The position numbers were made by a program, and so were the translations under genes. Under the pieces are notes generated by a model. That model saw only the letters and a program-made list of their open reading frames with translations, was not told where the DNA came from and did no database searches. A DNA stretch of 64,000 nucleotides from an uncultured Candidatus Bathyarchaeia archaeon (GTDB lineage: Archaea > Thermoproteota > Bathyarchaeia > Hecatellales > Hecatellaceae): assembly GCA_964484995.1 (NCBI GenBank), contig CAZAHF010000002.1:169-64168 (forward strand). The letters run 5' to 3'. This document shows positions 18,689-29,322 of the stretch, in pieces; positions within the stretch are counted from its first letter, which is position 1; every line of letters begins with the position of its first letter.

Positions 18689-19525
18689 TCACCAACACCT
18701 AGAAATTTTTAGTTTTTTAAGAGGACATTCTGAGCAGTCTGGAAACTTAAACTCTACAGGTTTTTCCCCTTTAATCTCCTGAATTATTTTAAGAGTATTT
18801 TTAACCTGTTCATCTTGACCCTTTACCAGTAGGATTGTGGAGCCTTCTGCACCATTTATACCTCCACAGCCAAGAGGAATAACGTCTGCACCTGTAAGTA
18901 CTTTTATTGCTGTTTGCTCTGTGACAACAAACCCACCCACAGGAAGCATACCAAAACGTAAACCCATACTGTAATCCACAGTTTCAATACCTGTTTCTTT
19001 AGCTGCCTCATAAACCGAAACAGGAATCATTTTTTCAAATCCTACCGGAATTATTAGATTGATTCCTTTCGCTTTTATAGCTCCATAAGTAACACCAATA
19101 GTCCCACCACTAGTGGCACCTAAAAATACAGCAGCTTTTCCTTGAGGGTCTAGGGCATTTGCACCTTTAATAAAAACATCATCCCTCCCCATTTTTCTAA
19201 GGACTTCTTGAAGAGTAAACCTATCTTGAAGTTTCCCTTTTTCTAGAATCCAGACTTTAGCATGGTTATGTTTAACCATAAAATCCATCATCTCGCTTAC
19301 AATACAAGCTTTTTGAGGTGTAATAGCTCCACAAACCGTCAGATTTTTAATTTCCTCGCTAAAATCTTCTCCTAAAACCTCTTTTAAAACAAACATGCTT
19401 GTTGTTCCTACACTAACAACAACCCACCCATTTTCTAAGGCTTTTTTAACCACATCTAAAGCAACAACACCTTTAGCTATCAGTCTTTTTGACTCTGAAG
19501 AAGTTAAAATTATTTGAGCTTTCAT
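18689..19525 (-). CDS. conserved hypothetical protein with C-terminal Cys cluster (CSECP...C)
   Basis: 278 aa; glycine-rich loops (VSVGTTS, GATSGGTIGV) suggest a Rossmann-like fold; family not recognised. Confidence 0.45.
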   Translation of the reverse strand: MKAQIILTSSESKRLIAKGVVALDVVKKALENGWVVVSVGTTSMFVLKEVLGEDFSEEIKNLTVCGAITPQKACIVSEMMDFMVKHNHAKVWILEKGKLQDRFTLQEVLRKMGRDDVFIKGANALDPQGKAAVFLGATSGGTIGVTYGAIKAKGINLIIPVGFEKMIPVSVYEAAKETGIETVDYSMGLRFGMLPVGGFVVTEQTAIKVLTGADVIPLGCGGINGAEGSTILLVKGQDEQVKNTLKIIQEIKGEKPVEFKFPDCSECPLKKLKISRCW

Positions 19526-19608
19526 AAGAAAACATAAGCTAGTTAAAGACTTAAAAATTCAACTATGAAGTAATTCGAAAAGATAGTAATGTTATATGAA
19601 AAAGAATC

Positions 19609-19800
19609 TTACTTTTCTTTAGGAGTTATCTTTATTTCTTTTTCAACAGTTTCATTCGGGTAAATTTCAACTTCCTCATTGTTAGGTCTTATTAGCTTCT
19701 TTAAAATAATTTCAAAATATTCTCTCCCTGTTAAGTTTAATTCTTGGATAATTTTTGGCGGCACATAGAATCTTCCATCCCTATCTTTTACTTCACACAC
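19609..19800 (-). CDS. hypothetical protein with AbrB/SpoVT-like swapped-hairpin motif (GTG start); frame stays open upstream to 20019, see findings
   Basis: DGRFYVPPKIIQELNLTGREYFEII resembles AbrB/MazE-type DNA-binding domains. Confidence 0.3.
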   Translation of the reverse strand: MCEVKDRDGRFYVPPKIIQELNLTGREYFEIILKKLIRPNNEEVEIYPNETVEKEIKITPKEK

Positions 19801-19975
19801 AACTTCTCTGTCTATTCTTTGGAGAACATTACCCTCTGAATCTAAAACTCTCTGAAAAAAGCAGCTAAGTTTAGACCCTCTCTCAATTTTAAACTTTCTT
19901 TTTGTTTCAAAAGGAACTGTAAAGTAGAGGTCTGGCGGAAAGTTTCTTGCTTTCTGGATTATTCTTTCAGGCAGC

Positions 19976-20191
19976 TTAACTTCCCCCCTTACTTTTCTTA
20001 TAAAACTCAGAAACCTCCACTATTGGAGAATGGCAAACAGAACAACACCAAGTAACAATGTTAAACTCAGGTTTTAACTCTGGAAAAACTTTTTCCTCCT
20101 TATAACACTCATACACACTAACCATTTTTTTACATTTACGACAGTAAAACCTAAGATTCTCAATCTTAGCCAACTTTATTTCACCCCACAA
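19976..20191 (-). CDS. small zinc-ribbon protein; possibly the N-terminal part of a frameshifted longer gene
   Basis: CRKC...CCSVC Cys pairs; stop lies just after a G6 homopolymer. Confidence 0.4.
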   Translation of the reverse strand: MWGEIKLAKIENLRFYCRKCKKMVSVYECYKEEKVFPELKPEFNIVTWCCSVCHSPIVEVSEFYKKSKGGS

Positions 20192-20651
20192 CTACAAGAG
20201 GGTCACCTGTTGCAACTGTGCTTCCAACAGAAGTGACTATCTGTTTAACAACACCTGAAACAGGTGACTCTATAAGGTTTTCCATTTTCATAGCCTCCAA
20301 AACAACCACAGGATCACCCTTTTTAACTTTATCACCAACCTTAACTAGTATTTTTACTATTGTACCCCGCATAGGAGCTTTAACGGGTGTTCCTTCAACT
20401 AACGTAACCTCACTTTTAGCTTCAGGTTTTGTTTCAGGTTTAGAGATAGTTTGTGAAACTTCACTACCTGCAGCAAGAACAGTTAAATCCTCAATTTTTA
20501 TGTTGTATTCCTCTTTTCCAACTATAACTCTAATTTCGTCCCCAACACTAGTTTTGGGTTTTAGGTCTTCTTCAGCATTTCCACCTAGATCCTCAACTTC
20601 AACCTCAAACTCTTTTCCAGAGGATGAAACTTTAAATTTTCTTGTTTTCAT
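20181..20651 (-). CDS. biotin carboxyl carrier protein (1.3S-like subunit of a biotin-dependent decarboxylase/transcarboxylase)
   Basis: C-terminal biotinyl domain with EAMKMEN (AMKM biotinyl-lysine) motif; N-terminal KFKVSSSGKEFEVEVE typical of gamma subunits. Confidence 0.8.
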   Translation of the reverse strand: MKTRKFKVSSSGKEFEVEVEDLGGNAEEDLKPKTSVGDEIRVIVGKEEYNIKIEDLTVLAAGSEVSQTISKPETKPEAKSEVTLVEGTPVKAPMRGTIVKILVKVGDKVKKGDPVVVLEAMKMENLIESPVSGVVKQIVTSVGSTVATGDPLVVVG

Positions 20652-22108
20652 TTTTTACCCGCCAACTTTCTGATAGCTACCTCGTATTCTTCACCAGCAT
20701 AAACAACTTTAAACCTTCTACCTTTCATTTCAGTTTCAAGCGGAAGTTCATCTGATGTAAACTCGGGTTTTGCCTCACCACGTAAAAACTTCTCAGTTTG
20801 CATTGGATATATTGCATAGGAGATAACATCTTCTTCCCTTGGAGAAAAACCTTTACTTTCAAGCTCCTCCTTACACTTCTTATACATAGGTTCAAGCAAG
20901 TCTGCAGGTCTACATGTAATAACTTTTTCTTTCCAGTCTTTACCTAAGATAGCCTCATAAACTTCTTTAGGAATCTCTCCTGGAGGTCTACCATACATCC
21001 CCCTAATATAGTCAACTGTTTCTTTTGTAACTCTTTTGTATCTTCCAAAAAGCACATTTAAAACAGCTTGAGTCCCAACAATCTGGGATGTTGGTGTTAC
21101 AAGCGGAGGCCAACCAAAATCTTTTTGAACTCTAGCAGTTTCAACTAAAACTTCTGGAAGTTTATCTATTGCACCCTGCTGTTCAAGTTGAACTATAAGG
21201 TTTGTCATCATTCCTCCAGGGATTTGATGCATAGTTACAGATGGATCTGCTATTCTAGCTTCATCTTTATGTAGATGCGCATACTTTTTCCAAACTTTAA
21301 TAAAGTATTCTCTACACTTCATTAACAAATCCATATCATAACCCGGATCATAGGGTGTTCCCTGTAAAGCTGCAACCACAGATTCTGTTGGCGGATGTCC
21401 TGTACCCCACGAAATTGCTGAAATTGCACAGTCTATAATGTCAACACCAGCCTCACAAGCCTTCATATAGCTCATCATAGTCATACCACTTGTTGTGTGG
21501 CAGTGGAGATCAATCGGTATCTTTATTCCTTCCTCTTTACATCTACGGATAATCTCATAGGCTCTTTGGGGAGAACACATACCCGCCATATCTTTAATGC
21601 ATAACGAGTCACAACCCATCTTCTCAAGTTTCTTAAAGTTCTCTACATAATAGTCAACAGTATGTACTGGGCTTATAGTATAACATAGGCATCCTTGTGC
21701 ATGAGCACCTATTCTTTTAACAGTTTTTATTGGAACCTCCATGTTTCTTAGATCGTTAAGAGCATCAAATATTCTAAAGTAGTCACAACCATTTTTATGG
21801 GCTAACTCAATAAACTTTATAACAATATCATCTGGAAAGTTTCTATAAGCCACAATATTCATGGCTCTTTCCAACATTTGTAATGGCGTGTTAGGCATAG
21901 CTTCCTTAAGCTTTCTAAGTCTTTCCCAAGGATCTTCAGCCAGAAACCTTAAACATGAATCAAATGTAGCTCCACCCCAAACCTCAAAAGAAAAAAATCC
22001 AACTTGGTCTATTATCGGGGCTATTGGAAGCATATCCTCCGTTCTCATCCTAGTTGCAAGAAGAGATTGATGAGCATCTCTAAAAATTAGTTCATGAATT
22101 TGAACCAA
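20648..22108 (-). CDS. 5S-type carboxyltransferase (oxaloacetate decarboxylase alpha / pyruvate carboxylase subunit B-like, lacking its own biotin domain)
   Basis: 486 aa; HMGL-like TIM-barrel carboxyltransferase (FRDAHQSLLATRMRT, HCHTTSGM motifs); no C-terminal biotinyl domain. Confidence 0.85.
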   Translation of the reverse strand: MVQIHELIFRDAHQSLLATRMRTEDMLPIAPIIDQVGFFSFEVWGGATFDSCLRFLAEDPWERLRKLKEAMPNTPLQMLERAMNIVAYRNFPDDIVIKFIELAHKNGCDYFRIFDALNDLRNMEVPIKTVKRIGAHAQGCLCYTISPVHTVDYYVENFKKLEKMGCDSLCIKDMAGMCSPQRAYEIIRRCKEEGIKIPIDLHCHTTSGMTMMSYMKACEAGVDIIDCAISAISWGTGHPPTESVVAALQGTPYDPGYDMDLLMKCREYFIKVWKKYAHLHKDEARIADPSVTMHQIPGGMMTNLIVQLEQQGAIDKLPEVLVETARVQKDFGWPPLVTPTSQIVGTQAVLNVLFGRYKRVTKETVDYIRGMYGRPPGEIPKEVYEAILGKDWKEKVITCRPADLLEPMYKKCKEELESKGFSPREEDVISYAIYPMQTEKFLRGEAKPEFTSDELPLETEMKGRRFKVVYAGEEYEVAIRKLAGKK

Positions 22109-22122
22109 CTTCTCAACCCCAG

Positions 22123-22587
22123 CTAGCTAAGTCTTTTTCTACGGATATGAGGATAAGATAATTGTTTTTCAACTTTGCTAATTAACCCCCAAAAAGAAGA
22201 AGACTTTGAAAGACTTTGAATAAGCTCTCTTCGAGAACCAGCTTCATGTCTACTAGCTAACCCCCATAAAAACCTAAACTTTTCAACTTCAACTTTTGAA
22301 AAACCCTTACCTAAAACTACTTTTTCAAGTTCATCAACTCTACTTCTAAGAAGCCCTATTCTTTTCTCAACTTCAATAAGTCTTCTTTCAAGTTTTCCAA
22401 TAGTGTCTTTAAACTCTCTTAGAATTTTTTCTGTAAGCTCCTTACCAAATTCATCCAGTATCTCTTTAATATCCTCCCTAGAAATCTTTACTGGTGCATG
22501 AACAATCATAGGTGCAGGTTTACCAAGATAAGCAAGAATAGCTGCAGAGATTACAGCTGCTTCCTCTCTTGAAATTTGGGTTGACAA
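22123..22587 (-). CDS. hypothetical coiled-coil protein inside the decarboxylase operon
   Basis: 154 aa; Ala-rich N-terminus EEAAVISAAILAYLG then coiled coil; sits between the 12S and 5S carboxyltransferase genes. Confidence 0.35.
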   Translation of the reverse strand: MSTQISREEAAVISAAILAYLGKPAPMIVHAPVKISREDIKEILDEFGKELTEKILREFKDTIGKLERRLIEVEKRIGLLRSRVDELEKVVLGKGFSKVEVEKFRFLWGLASRHEAGSRRELIQSLSKSSSFWGLISKVEKQLSYPHIRRKRLS

Positions 22588-22592
22588 AATCT

Positions 22593-24182
22593 TTACACCG
22601 GTGGTACACTATGCTTTTTTGGTGGTCTACGCTCTCTTTTTGTTAAAGACATTTCTAAAGCCTTAATCAGCATAGGACGTGTATCAGCAGGATCTATTAC
22701 ATCATCAATATGAAGAGCCTCTGCAGCTCTATATGGGTTTGCAAAAGTTTCTCTGTAAAGTTTAACTTTCTCCTTCAAAACTTTTCCTTTATCTTCAGCT
22801 TTCTCTATTTCATCTCTGAATATTATTTGTGCTGCACCTTCAGGCCCCATAACTGCAAGCTCAGCTGTAGGCCAAGCTAAAACCATATCTGCACCAAGGT
22901 CTTTACTACACATAGCAAGATATGAGCCGCCATATGCTTTTCGAATTATGAGAGTTATTTTTGGCACTGTTGCCTCAGAGTAGGCATAAAGCATTTTTGC
23001 TCCATGTCTAATTATTCCTCCCCACTCCTGCTCTGTTCCTGGCAGATAACCTGGAACATCAACAAGGTTGATTAGTGGTATGTTAAAGGCATCACAGAAC
23101 CTAATAAATCTTGAAGCCTTATCAGATGCATCTATATCTAAACATCCAGCCTTAAACTTTGGTTGATTAGCAATTATCCCAACAGGATAACCGTTTAATC
23201 TTGCAAAACACGTTATAATGTTTGGCGCAAATCTTGAAAGAATATCAAAATAGTTTTCTTCCTCACCTTCAAGCGGCCTATCAAAAACTCTACTAATTAT
23301 CTCGTACATGTCATAAGGTTTCATCGGATCCGCTGGAACAACATCAAAAAGCCCTTCATCCCTTCTATTAGGATCATCTCCAGTATCAACTCTTGGAGGA
23401 TCTTCAAGGTTGTTGGAAGGAAGATAGCTTAAGAGTCTTCTAATGTTTTTTAGGCATTCTTCTTCGCTTTTTTCTACTCGATGAACAACACCGGATTTTT
23501 CTTGTTGTGGTATTGGTCCGCCAAGCTCCATTTCACTTATTTCTTCACCAATAACCTCTTTAATAACCCTAGGACCCGTTATAAATGCATAGCTTATTCC
23601 TTCAACCATAAAAATGAAATCCATTAAGGCTGGAGAATATACGGCTCCCCCTGCACAAGGACCAAGAATAGCACATATTTGAGGTATAACACCAGAGTAA
23701 ACGCTGTTTCTAAAGAATATCTGACCATAGCCAGATAAAGCATCAACACCCTCTTGGATTCTTGCACCACCAGAGTCATTTATACCTATAACTGGACATC
23801 CCTCTTTTGCTGCTCTATCTAAGACTTCACAAATTTTTCTTGCATGCATTTCACCAAGCGTTCCACCAAGACTTGTAAAGTCTTGAGAAAAAACATAGAC
23901 TTTTCTTCCATTAATCCTGCCAAAACCTGTTATTACACCATCAGCAGGTATTTCTCTTTTATCTAAACCAAACTCTCTCCCCTTATGTTTAACTAAAGCA
24001 CCTATCTCTACAAAGGTTCCCTCATCAAGTAGAAGTTCTATTCTCTCTCTTGCTGTTAGCTTACCAAGTTTTCTCTGTCTTTCTACACCTCTTGGACCAC
24101 CCATCTCCAAAACTTTTTGTTTTTTAGCTTTAAGCTCCTCAAGCATCCTCTCTTTAATCTCTCTCTCGCCGCTCATAGCCAA
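22593..24182 (-). CDS. mmdA: methylmalonyl-CoA/propionyl-CoA carboxyltransferase (12S / MmdA / PccB family)
   Basis: 529 aa; two crotonase-like carboxyltransferase domains typical of the PccB/MmdA family. Confidence 0.9.
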   Translation of the reverse strand: MAMSGEREIKERMLEELKAKKQKVLEMGGPRGVERQRKLGKLTARERIELLLDEGTFVEIGALVKHKGREFGLDKREIPADGVITGFGRINGRKVYVFSQDFTSLGGTLGEMHARKICEVLDRAAKEGCPVIGINDSGGARIQEGVDALSGYGQIFFRNSVYSGVIPQICAILGPCAGGAVYSPALMDFIFMVEGISYAFITGPRVIKEVIGEEISEMELGGPIPQQEKSGVVHRVEKSEEECLKNIRRLLSYLPSNNLEDPPRVDTGDDPNRRDEGLFDVVPADPMKPYDMYEIISRVFDRPLEGEEENYFDILSRFAPNIITCFARLNGYPVGIIANQPKFKAGCLDIDASDKASRFIRFCDAFNIPLINLVDVPGYLPGTEQEWGGIIRHGAKMLYAYSEATVPKITLIIRKAYGGSYLAMCSKDLGADMVLAWPTAELAVMGPEGAAQIIFRDEIEKAEDKGKVLKEKVKLYRETFANPYRAAEALHIDDVIDPADTRPMLIKALEMSLTKRERRPPKKHSVPPV

Positions 24183-24482
24183 TCACTCACATTAACTTAC
24201 AGTTTACTTTGAAGGTTTTATAATTATTTTCCTTAGGCAACAAATTGAATCTTATACTAGGTGTGTAATATCAAAACATATGAGGGAAATAATATAAAAA
24301 TTGGAGTTAGATTAGACGTTTATATTCTAATATGACGGCAAAAGAGATATATTATTCAAGCAAGGTTTATGATTAAAAAGGGAAGGCAACCTTTAGAGGA
24401 TAGGTATATGCCGGTTAGTTGTCTTAAGGGGGTTATTATAAGGGTTAAAGTTGTAAGCTTACCCTGGGGATGATAGAAGAGG

Positions 24483-24911
24483 TTGTTGTTGAAGAAAAAG
24501 GTAAATGTAAAGTTTGGAGAAAAAACCTATGAAGTGGAAGTTTTTGTCAACCAAGCAACCTCAACTAATGTGTCTATGACAGTTATAGTCGAAGGAAAAA
24601 AGTATGATGTTAATGTAAACAGAAAACCTATAATAGGTGAGGAAAAGAAGCCCCCTACCAAACCATTATTAGCTAAACCATCAGAGAAAGAGTTTATAGT
24701 TAAAAGTCCTTTACCAGGAAAAATTCTTTCAGTTTCAGTTTCCCCGGGTAAGGAGGTTTTAAGAGGAGATATTCTTCTAGTTATGGAGTCTATGAAGATG
24801 GAGAATGAGATACGTTCCCCTATTAGGGGAATTGTTAAAGAGGTTAAGGTTACAGTTGGACAAAATGTTTCTACAGAAGACCCTCTATTAGTTTTGGTTA
24901 GGAGTGAATAA
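24483..24911 (+). CDS. biotin carrier (gamma) subunit of Na+-translocating decarboxylase
   Basis: VMESMKMENEI biotinylation motif; N-terminal KVNVKFGEKTYEVEVF; Pro/Lys-rich linker; TTG start. Confidence 0.8.
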   Translation: MLLKKKVNVKFGEKTYEVEVFVNQATSTNVSMTVIVEGKKYDVNVNRKPIIGEEKKPPTKPLLAKPSEKEFIVKSPLPGKILSVSVSPGKEVLRGDILLVMESMKMENEIRSPIRGIVKEVKVTVGQNVSTEDPLLVLVRSE

Positions 24912-24914
24912 GTT

Positions 24915-25253
24915 ATGATTAGTGTTGCTGAACTATGTGCAATAGGAATTGTTACAGTATTTGTTGTTTTGCTAATCTTAACCGTCATAATAAAGACTGT
25001 GATTAAGCTAACGGATATCATAGATGAAAAAAGACGTGAAAAAAAGCTGTTTTTAGAGTTAAAAAATGAAATTTTTGCTGCTCTTGTTGGAGTGTTAATG
25101 CTTCATACTGAGAACTTTTTATCTATTCAACCATCTTTAACAATTCCACGGGCTTCATTATCTTTATGGAAATTTGCGGATAGACTTGAAAACACAAGAA
25201 TAAGTTGGAGAGAAACCGCCAAAATTGAGGGAGCCTTCCCAACAGAAACTTAA
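24915..25253 (+). CDS. small membrane anchor subunit (OadG/MmdD-like); true C-terminus uncertain
   Basis: N-terminal single TM helix LCAIGIVTVFVVLLILTVII, 4 nt after the BCCP gene, as in oadG/mmdD; downstream part may be out-of-frame read-through. Confidence 0.4.
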   Translation: MISVAELCAIGIVTVFVVLLILTVIIKTVIKLTDIIDEKRREKKLFLELKNEIFAALVGVLMLHTENFLSIQPSLTIPRASLSLWKFADRLENTRISWRETAKIEGAFPTET

Positions 25254-25285
25254 GGTTTAAAGGCTTATGGTTGGGAGTGTAATCA

Positions 25286-26386
25286 ATGTTAGGTTTTTTT
25301 GAGACAGGCTTTGAAAGTTTAACTGCAGGAAACATTATAATGATAGGTATTGGTTTACTGTTAATCTACCTTGCAATCTCAAAAGAAATGGAGCCTTTAC
25401 TTCTTCTACCCATAGGTTTTGGTGCTATACTTGCAAATCTACCCCTTACAGGTTTAACTGAAAGCAGTGGACTACTAGGAATAATTTTTCGTTACGGGAT
25501 AGAATGGGAAGTTATCCCCCCGCTTATTTTTTTGGGACTTGGAGCATTAACAGATTTTGAGCCTCTTTTAGCAGACCCAAAAACATTTTTGCTTGGTTTT
25601 GCAGCCCAAATTGGAATATTTGTTTCGCTTACACTTGCGGTACTAACGGGTTTTAGTCTTCCTGAAGCTTGTTCTATAGGTATAATAGGTGGAGCTGACG
25701 GCCCTACTACAATCTATGTAACCCAAAAATTAGCTCCTCACTTGCTTGGTGGAACTGCTGTAGCTGCCTATTCCTATATGGCGATGGTCCCCTTAATTCA
25801 ACCTCCAGTAATTAGGGTTTTAACCAGTGTTGAGGAAAGAGGGATTATAATGAAGCCTCTACGCCGTATTTCAAGAACACAAAAAATTCTTTTCCCAATT
25901 GTTGTGGGAATTATTGCTATTTTATTTGTTCCAAAGGCTGCTCCTCTAATAGGTATGTTTATGCTTGGTAACCTGTTTAGGGAGAGTGGTGTTGTAGAAA
26001 GGTTAAGTAGAACTGCCCAAAACGAGTTGATGAATATTTTAACAATTTTTCTTGGGGTTGCTGTTGGTTCAACCATGAGTGCAGAAAACTTTCTTAGACC
26101 AACAACCTTACTAATATTTGTAATAGGAATAGTGGCTTTTATAACATGTACAGCCACAGGAATTCTTTTTGCAAAAGTTATGAACTTGTTTTTGAAAGAG
26201 AAAATAAATCCTTTAATTGGGGCTGCAGGTGTTTCAGCAGTACCCATGTCAGCAAGAGTTGTTCAGAGAGAAGCACAAAAAGTAAACCCGCAAAACTTTC
26301 TTTTAATGCATGCAATGGGTCCTAATGTTGCTGGTGTTATTGGTTCTGCTATTGTTGCAGGAATTTTTCTTGGAATAATCTTATAA
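25286..26386 (+). CDS. Na+-transporting decarboxylase beta subunit (OadB/MmdB/GcdB family)
   Basis: 366-aa polytopic membrane protein; N-terminal LIYLAISKEMEPLLLLPIGFGAILANLP closely matches the OadB N-terminus. Confidence 0.85.
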   Translation: MLGFFETGFESLTAGNIIMIGIGLLLIYLAISKEMEPLLLLPIGFGAILANLPLTGLTESSGLLGIIFRYGIEWEVIPPLIFLGLGALTDFEPLLADPKTFLLGFAAQIGIFVSLTLAVLTGFSLPEACSIGIIGGADGPTTIYVTQKLAPHLLGGTAVAAYSYMAMVPLIQPPVIRVLTSVEERGIIMKPLRRISRTQKILFPIVVGIIAILFVPKAAPLIGMFMLGNLFRESGVVERLSRTAQNELMNILTIFLGVAVGSTMSAENFLRPTTLLIFVIGIVAFITCTATGILFAKVMNLFLKEKINPLIGAAGVSAVPMSARVVQREAQKVNPQNFLLMHAMGPNVAGVIGSAIVAGIFLGIIL

Positions 26387-26418
26387 AAAATTAGTAAGAA
26401 GAGGAAAAATTTTCATCT

Positions 26419-27471
<1,053 letters not shown>

Positions 27472-27539
27472 TCAAGTTCTTATATAATAGTTATGTTGTT
27501 CTAAAGAAGCTTACCTAATCTTAGATTCTACAGAAAAAA

Positions 27540-27800
27540 TTAGACTAACCTGTAAACACGGTCATTTTCTCTTACTTTTTCCTTAACCTTAATTCCAACA
27601 GACTGACCGGCTTCAGCTTTCTGAACATCTTTATGTTCAATCTGCATAGATTCAACAACCTGTTCAAAGTTTGTTGTCGCCCCTCTAATTAAAATTCTTT
27701 CACCAATACTGAGTGGCGCTTTCAACTCAATAACAGCAACACTTATTTTAGGGTAGTAATGGGTTACCTTACCTATTTCCTCTTCCAAAACATTCACCAC
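27540..27800 (-). CDS. small beta-barrel protein resembling EF-Tu/SelB domain II
   Basis: 86 aa; the G..V..Y...I.V..IE.....IGE.ILI.G...NF.Q....MQ......A.AGQ.VGIKV pattern resembles translation-factor domain 2. Confidence 0.35.
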   Translation of the reverse strand: MVNVLEEEIGKVTHYYPKISVAVIELKAPLSIGERILIRGATTNFEQVVESMQIEHKDVQKAEAGQSVGIKVKEKVRENDRVYRLV

Positions 27801-27900
27801 GCTAAACTAGATAATTTCAACCTAAAATAGTTTTTGTAAAGATAAGCAATTATTTATTTTAGTTGAAGTTTATTCTGATTTTGAAAATAAATTATTTCTG

Positions 27901-28383
27901 GTGGCGGTAATGAGACAGTTATGGGCTCCGTGGAGAATAGAGTACATTCTTCTTAAAAGAAAAAAGGGATGTATTTTTTGTAAGTTTTCAAAAGAAAAAA
28001 ATGATGAAAAAAATTTTGTTGTTTTTAGAGCCAAAAAAAACTTTGTTGTTTTAAACAACTATCCATACAATAGTGGACATTTGATGGTTGCACCCTACCG
28101 CCACATAAAAAACCTTGAGGATATGAGTAAAGAAGAGTTTAATGAACACTTCTTAGTTGTAAAAAAAAGTGTAGAAGCCTTAAAAAAGGTCTATAATCCA
28201 GAAGGGTTTAACATAGGAATAAACCTTGGAAAAGTAGCAGGAGCTGGTATTGAAGGCCATATTCATACTCATATAGTGCCAAGATGGAAAGGAGATACAA
28301 ACTTTATGCCTGTTATTGCAGACACCAAGGTTATTCCTGAAGCATTAGCTGAAACTTATAAAAAGCTAAAAAATGCTTACTGA
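27901..28383 (+). CDS. HIT family hydrolase
   Basis: histidine triad HIHTHIVPR near the C-terminus; GTG start (ATG at 27910 alternative). Confidence 0.7.
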   Translation: MAVMRQLWAPWRIEYILLKRKKGCIFCKFSKEKNDEKNFVVFRAKKNFVVLNNYPYNSGHLMVAPYRHIKNLEDMSKEEFNEHFLVVKKSVEALKKVYNPEGFNIGINLGKVAGAGIEGHIHTHIVPRWKGDTNFMPVIADTKVIPEALAETYKKLKNAY

Positions 28384-28432
28384 CTAAAAAATAGTTAGAG
28401 TTTAATTTTATTTTGACCAGTTTAGCTTAAGC

Positions 28433-28750
28433 CTATTTTTTGAGAGACTTAATTAATTCTTCAACTGTTAATGCTGCCATCGTCAAGGTTTGAACAGTTC
28501 CTCTTGAACCAAGTTCTATTGCAACACGGGTTATAGCTTCATTACTAGGAGCCTCAAGAATGTTAACAAAATCATATGGTCCTAAGAGGGCATACTGAGC
28601 TAAAATTTTTACACCCATAGCTTCAACTTCTTTATTAACCTCTTTTATCCTTTCAGGGTTAACCTTAATGGTTTTTCTTCCTTCGTCTGTTAGGGTTGTT
28701 AACATTATGTAGATTGGCATAAAGAACCCCTCAAAATATTCTACAGTCAT
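28433..28750 (-). CDS. GYD domain protein
   Basis: about 95-aa protein with the LLGPYDFV motif typical of the GYD family; likely start at the internal MPIYIM. Confidence 0.5.
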   Translation of the reverse strand: MTVEYFEGFFMPIYIMLTTLTDEGRKTIKVNPERIKEVNKEVEAMGVKILAQYALLGPYDFVNILEAPSNEAITRVAIELGSRGTVQTLTMAALTVEELIKSLKK

Positions 28751-28806
28751 CCCAGTATTATGTTTTTCCTATTTTTGCAGAGTTTATGTTAAATGGTAAA
28801 CAAAAG

Positions 28807-29298
28807 CTAAAATTTTAGGATTTTACCGTCAATCTTATTGTTAATGGTTAAAACGCCTAAAGAACAATAGGTAGCTGGAAAAACTTTTGTTAAACTACCT
28901 GGATTAAGATACAAGATTTCACCAGTAAACCTACATACTGCTCTATGAGTATGCCCATACAGGATTATGGGTACATCTCTTCCAAATTTTGCTTTAAGCC
29001 TTTTCTCCAAAAAGAAGGGAAAACCTCCTTCAGCTGGATGGGTAATTCCAATCTTAAAACCTTTAACCTCAAAGACATCCTTTTTAGGCAATTCCTTCTT
29101 GATTTGATGCGGATCCATATTACCACAAACACCTTTAAAGTTAAAGTTTTTTCTTAGCTCTTCCAGAAGCGTTTTACCTGTATAATCTCCAAGATGAATA
29201 ACCATGTCCATTCCACTTAAAATATCTAAAGCCTTAGCTGGTAAATCATCTAAACATTTTACATGGGTGTCTGAAATTACACCTATCCTCATGTTCAA
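28807..29298 (-). CDS. metallophosphoesterase (YfcE/MJ0936-like phosphodiesterase)
   Basis: GVISDTHV, GDYTG, GNMD, GHTH motifs of the calcineurin-like phosphoesterase fold. Confidence 0.8.
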   Translation of the reverse strand: MNMRIGVISDTHVKCLDDLPAKALDILSGMDMVIHLGDYTGKTLLEELRKNFNFKGVCGNMDPHQIKKELPKKDVFEVKGFKIGITHPAEGGFPFFLEKRLKAKFGRDVPIILYGHTHRAVCRFTGEILYLNPGSLTKVFPATYCSLGVLTINNKIDGKILKF

Positions 29299-29322
29299 CC
29301 ATAACCCTGACTTTTAACAATT

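Noticed and set aside
24290-24340. Inverted AATATAAA / TTTATATT octamers in the mmdA / BCCP divergent region
   Set aside because: These are two opposing TATA boxes of a bidirectional promoter, as expected for divergent operons.
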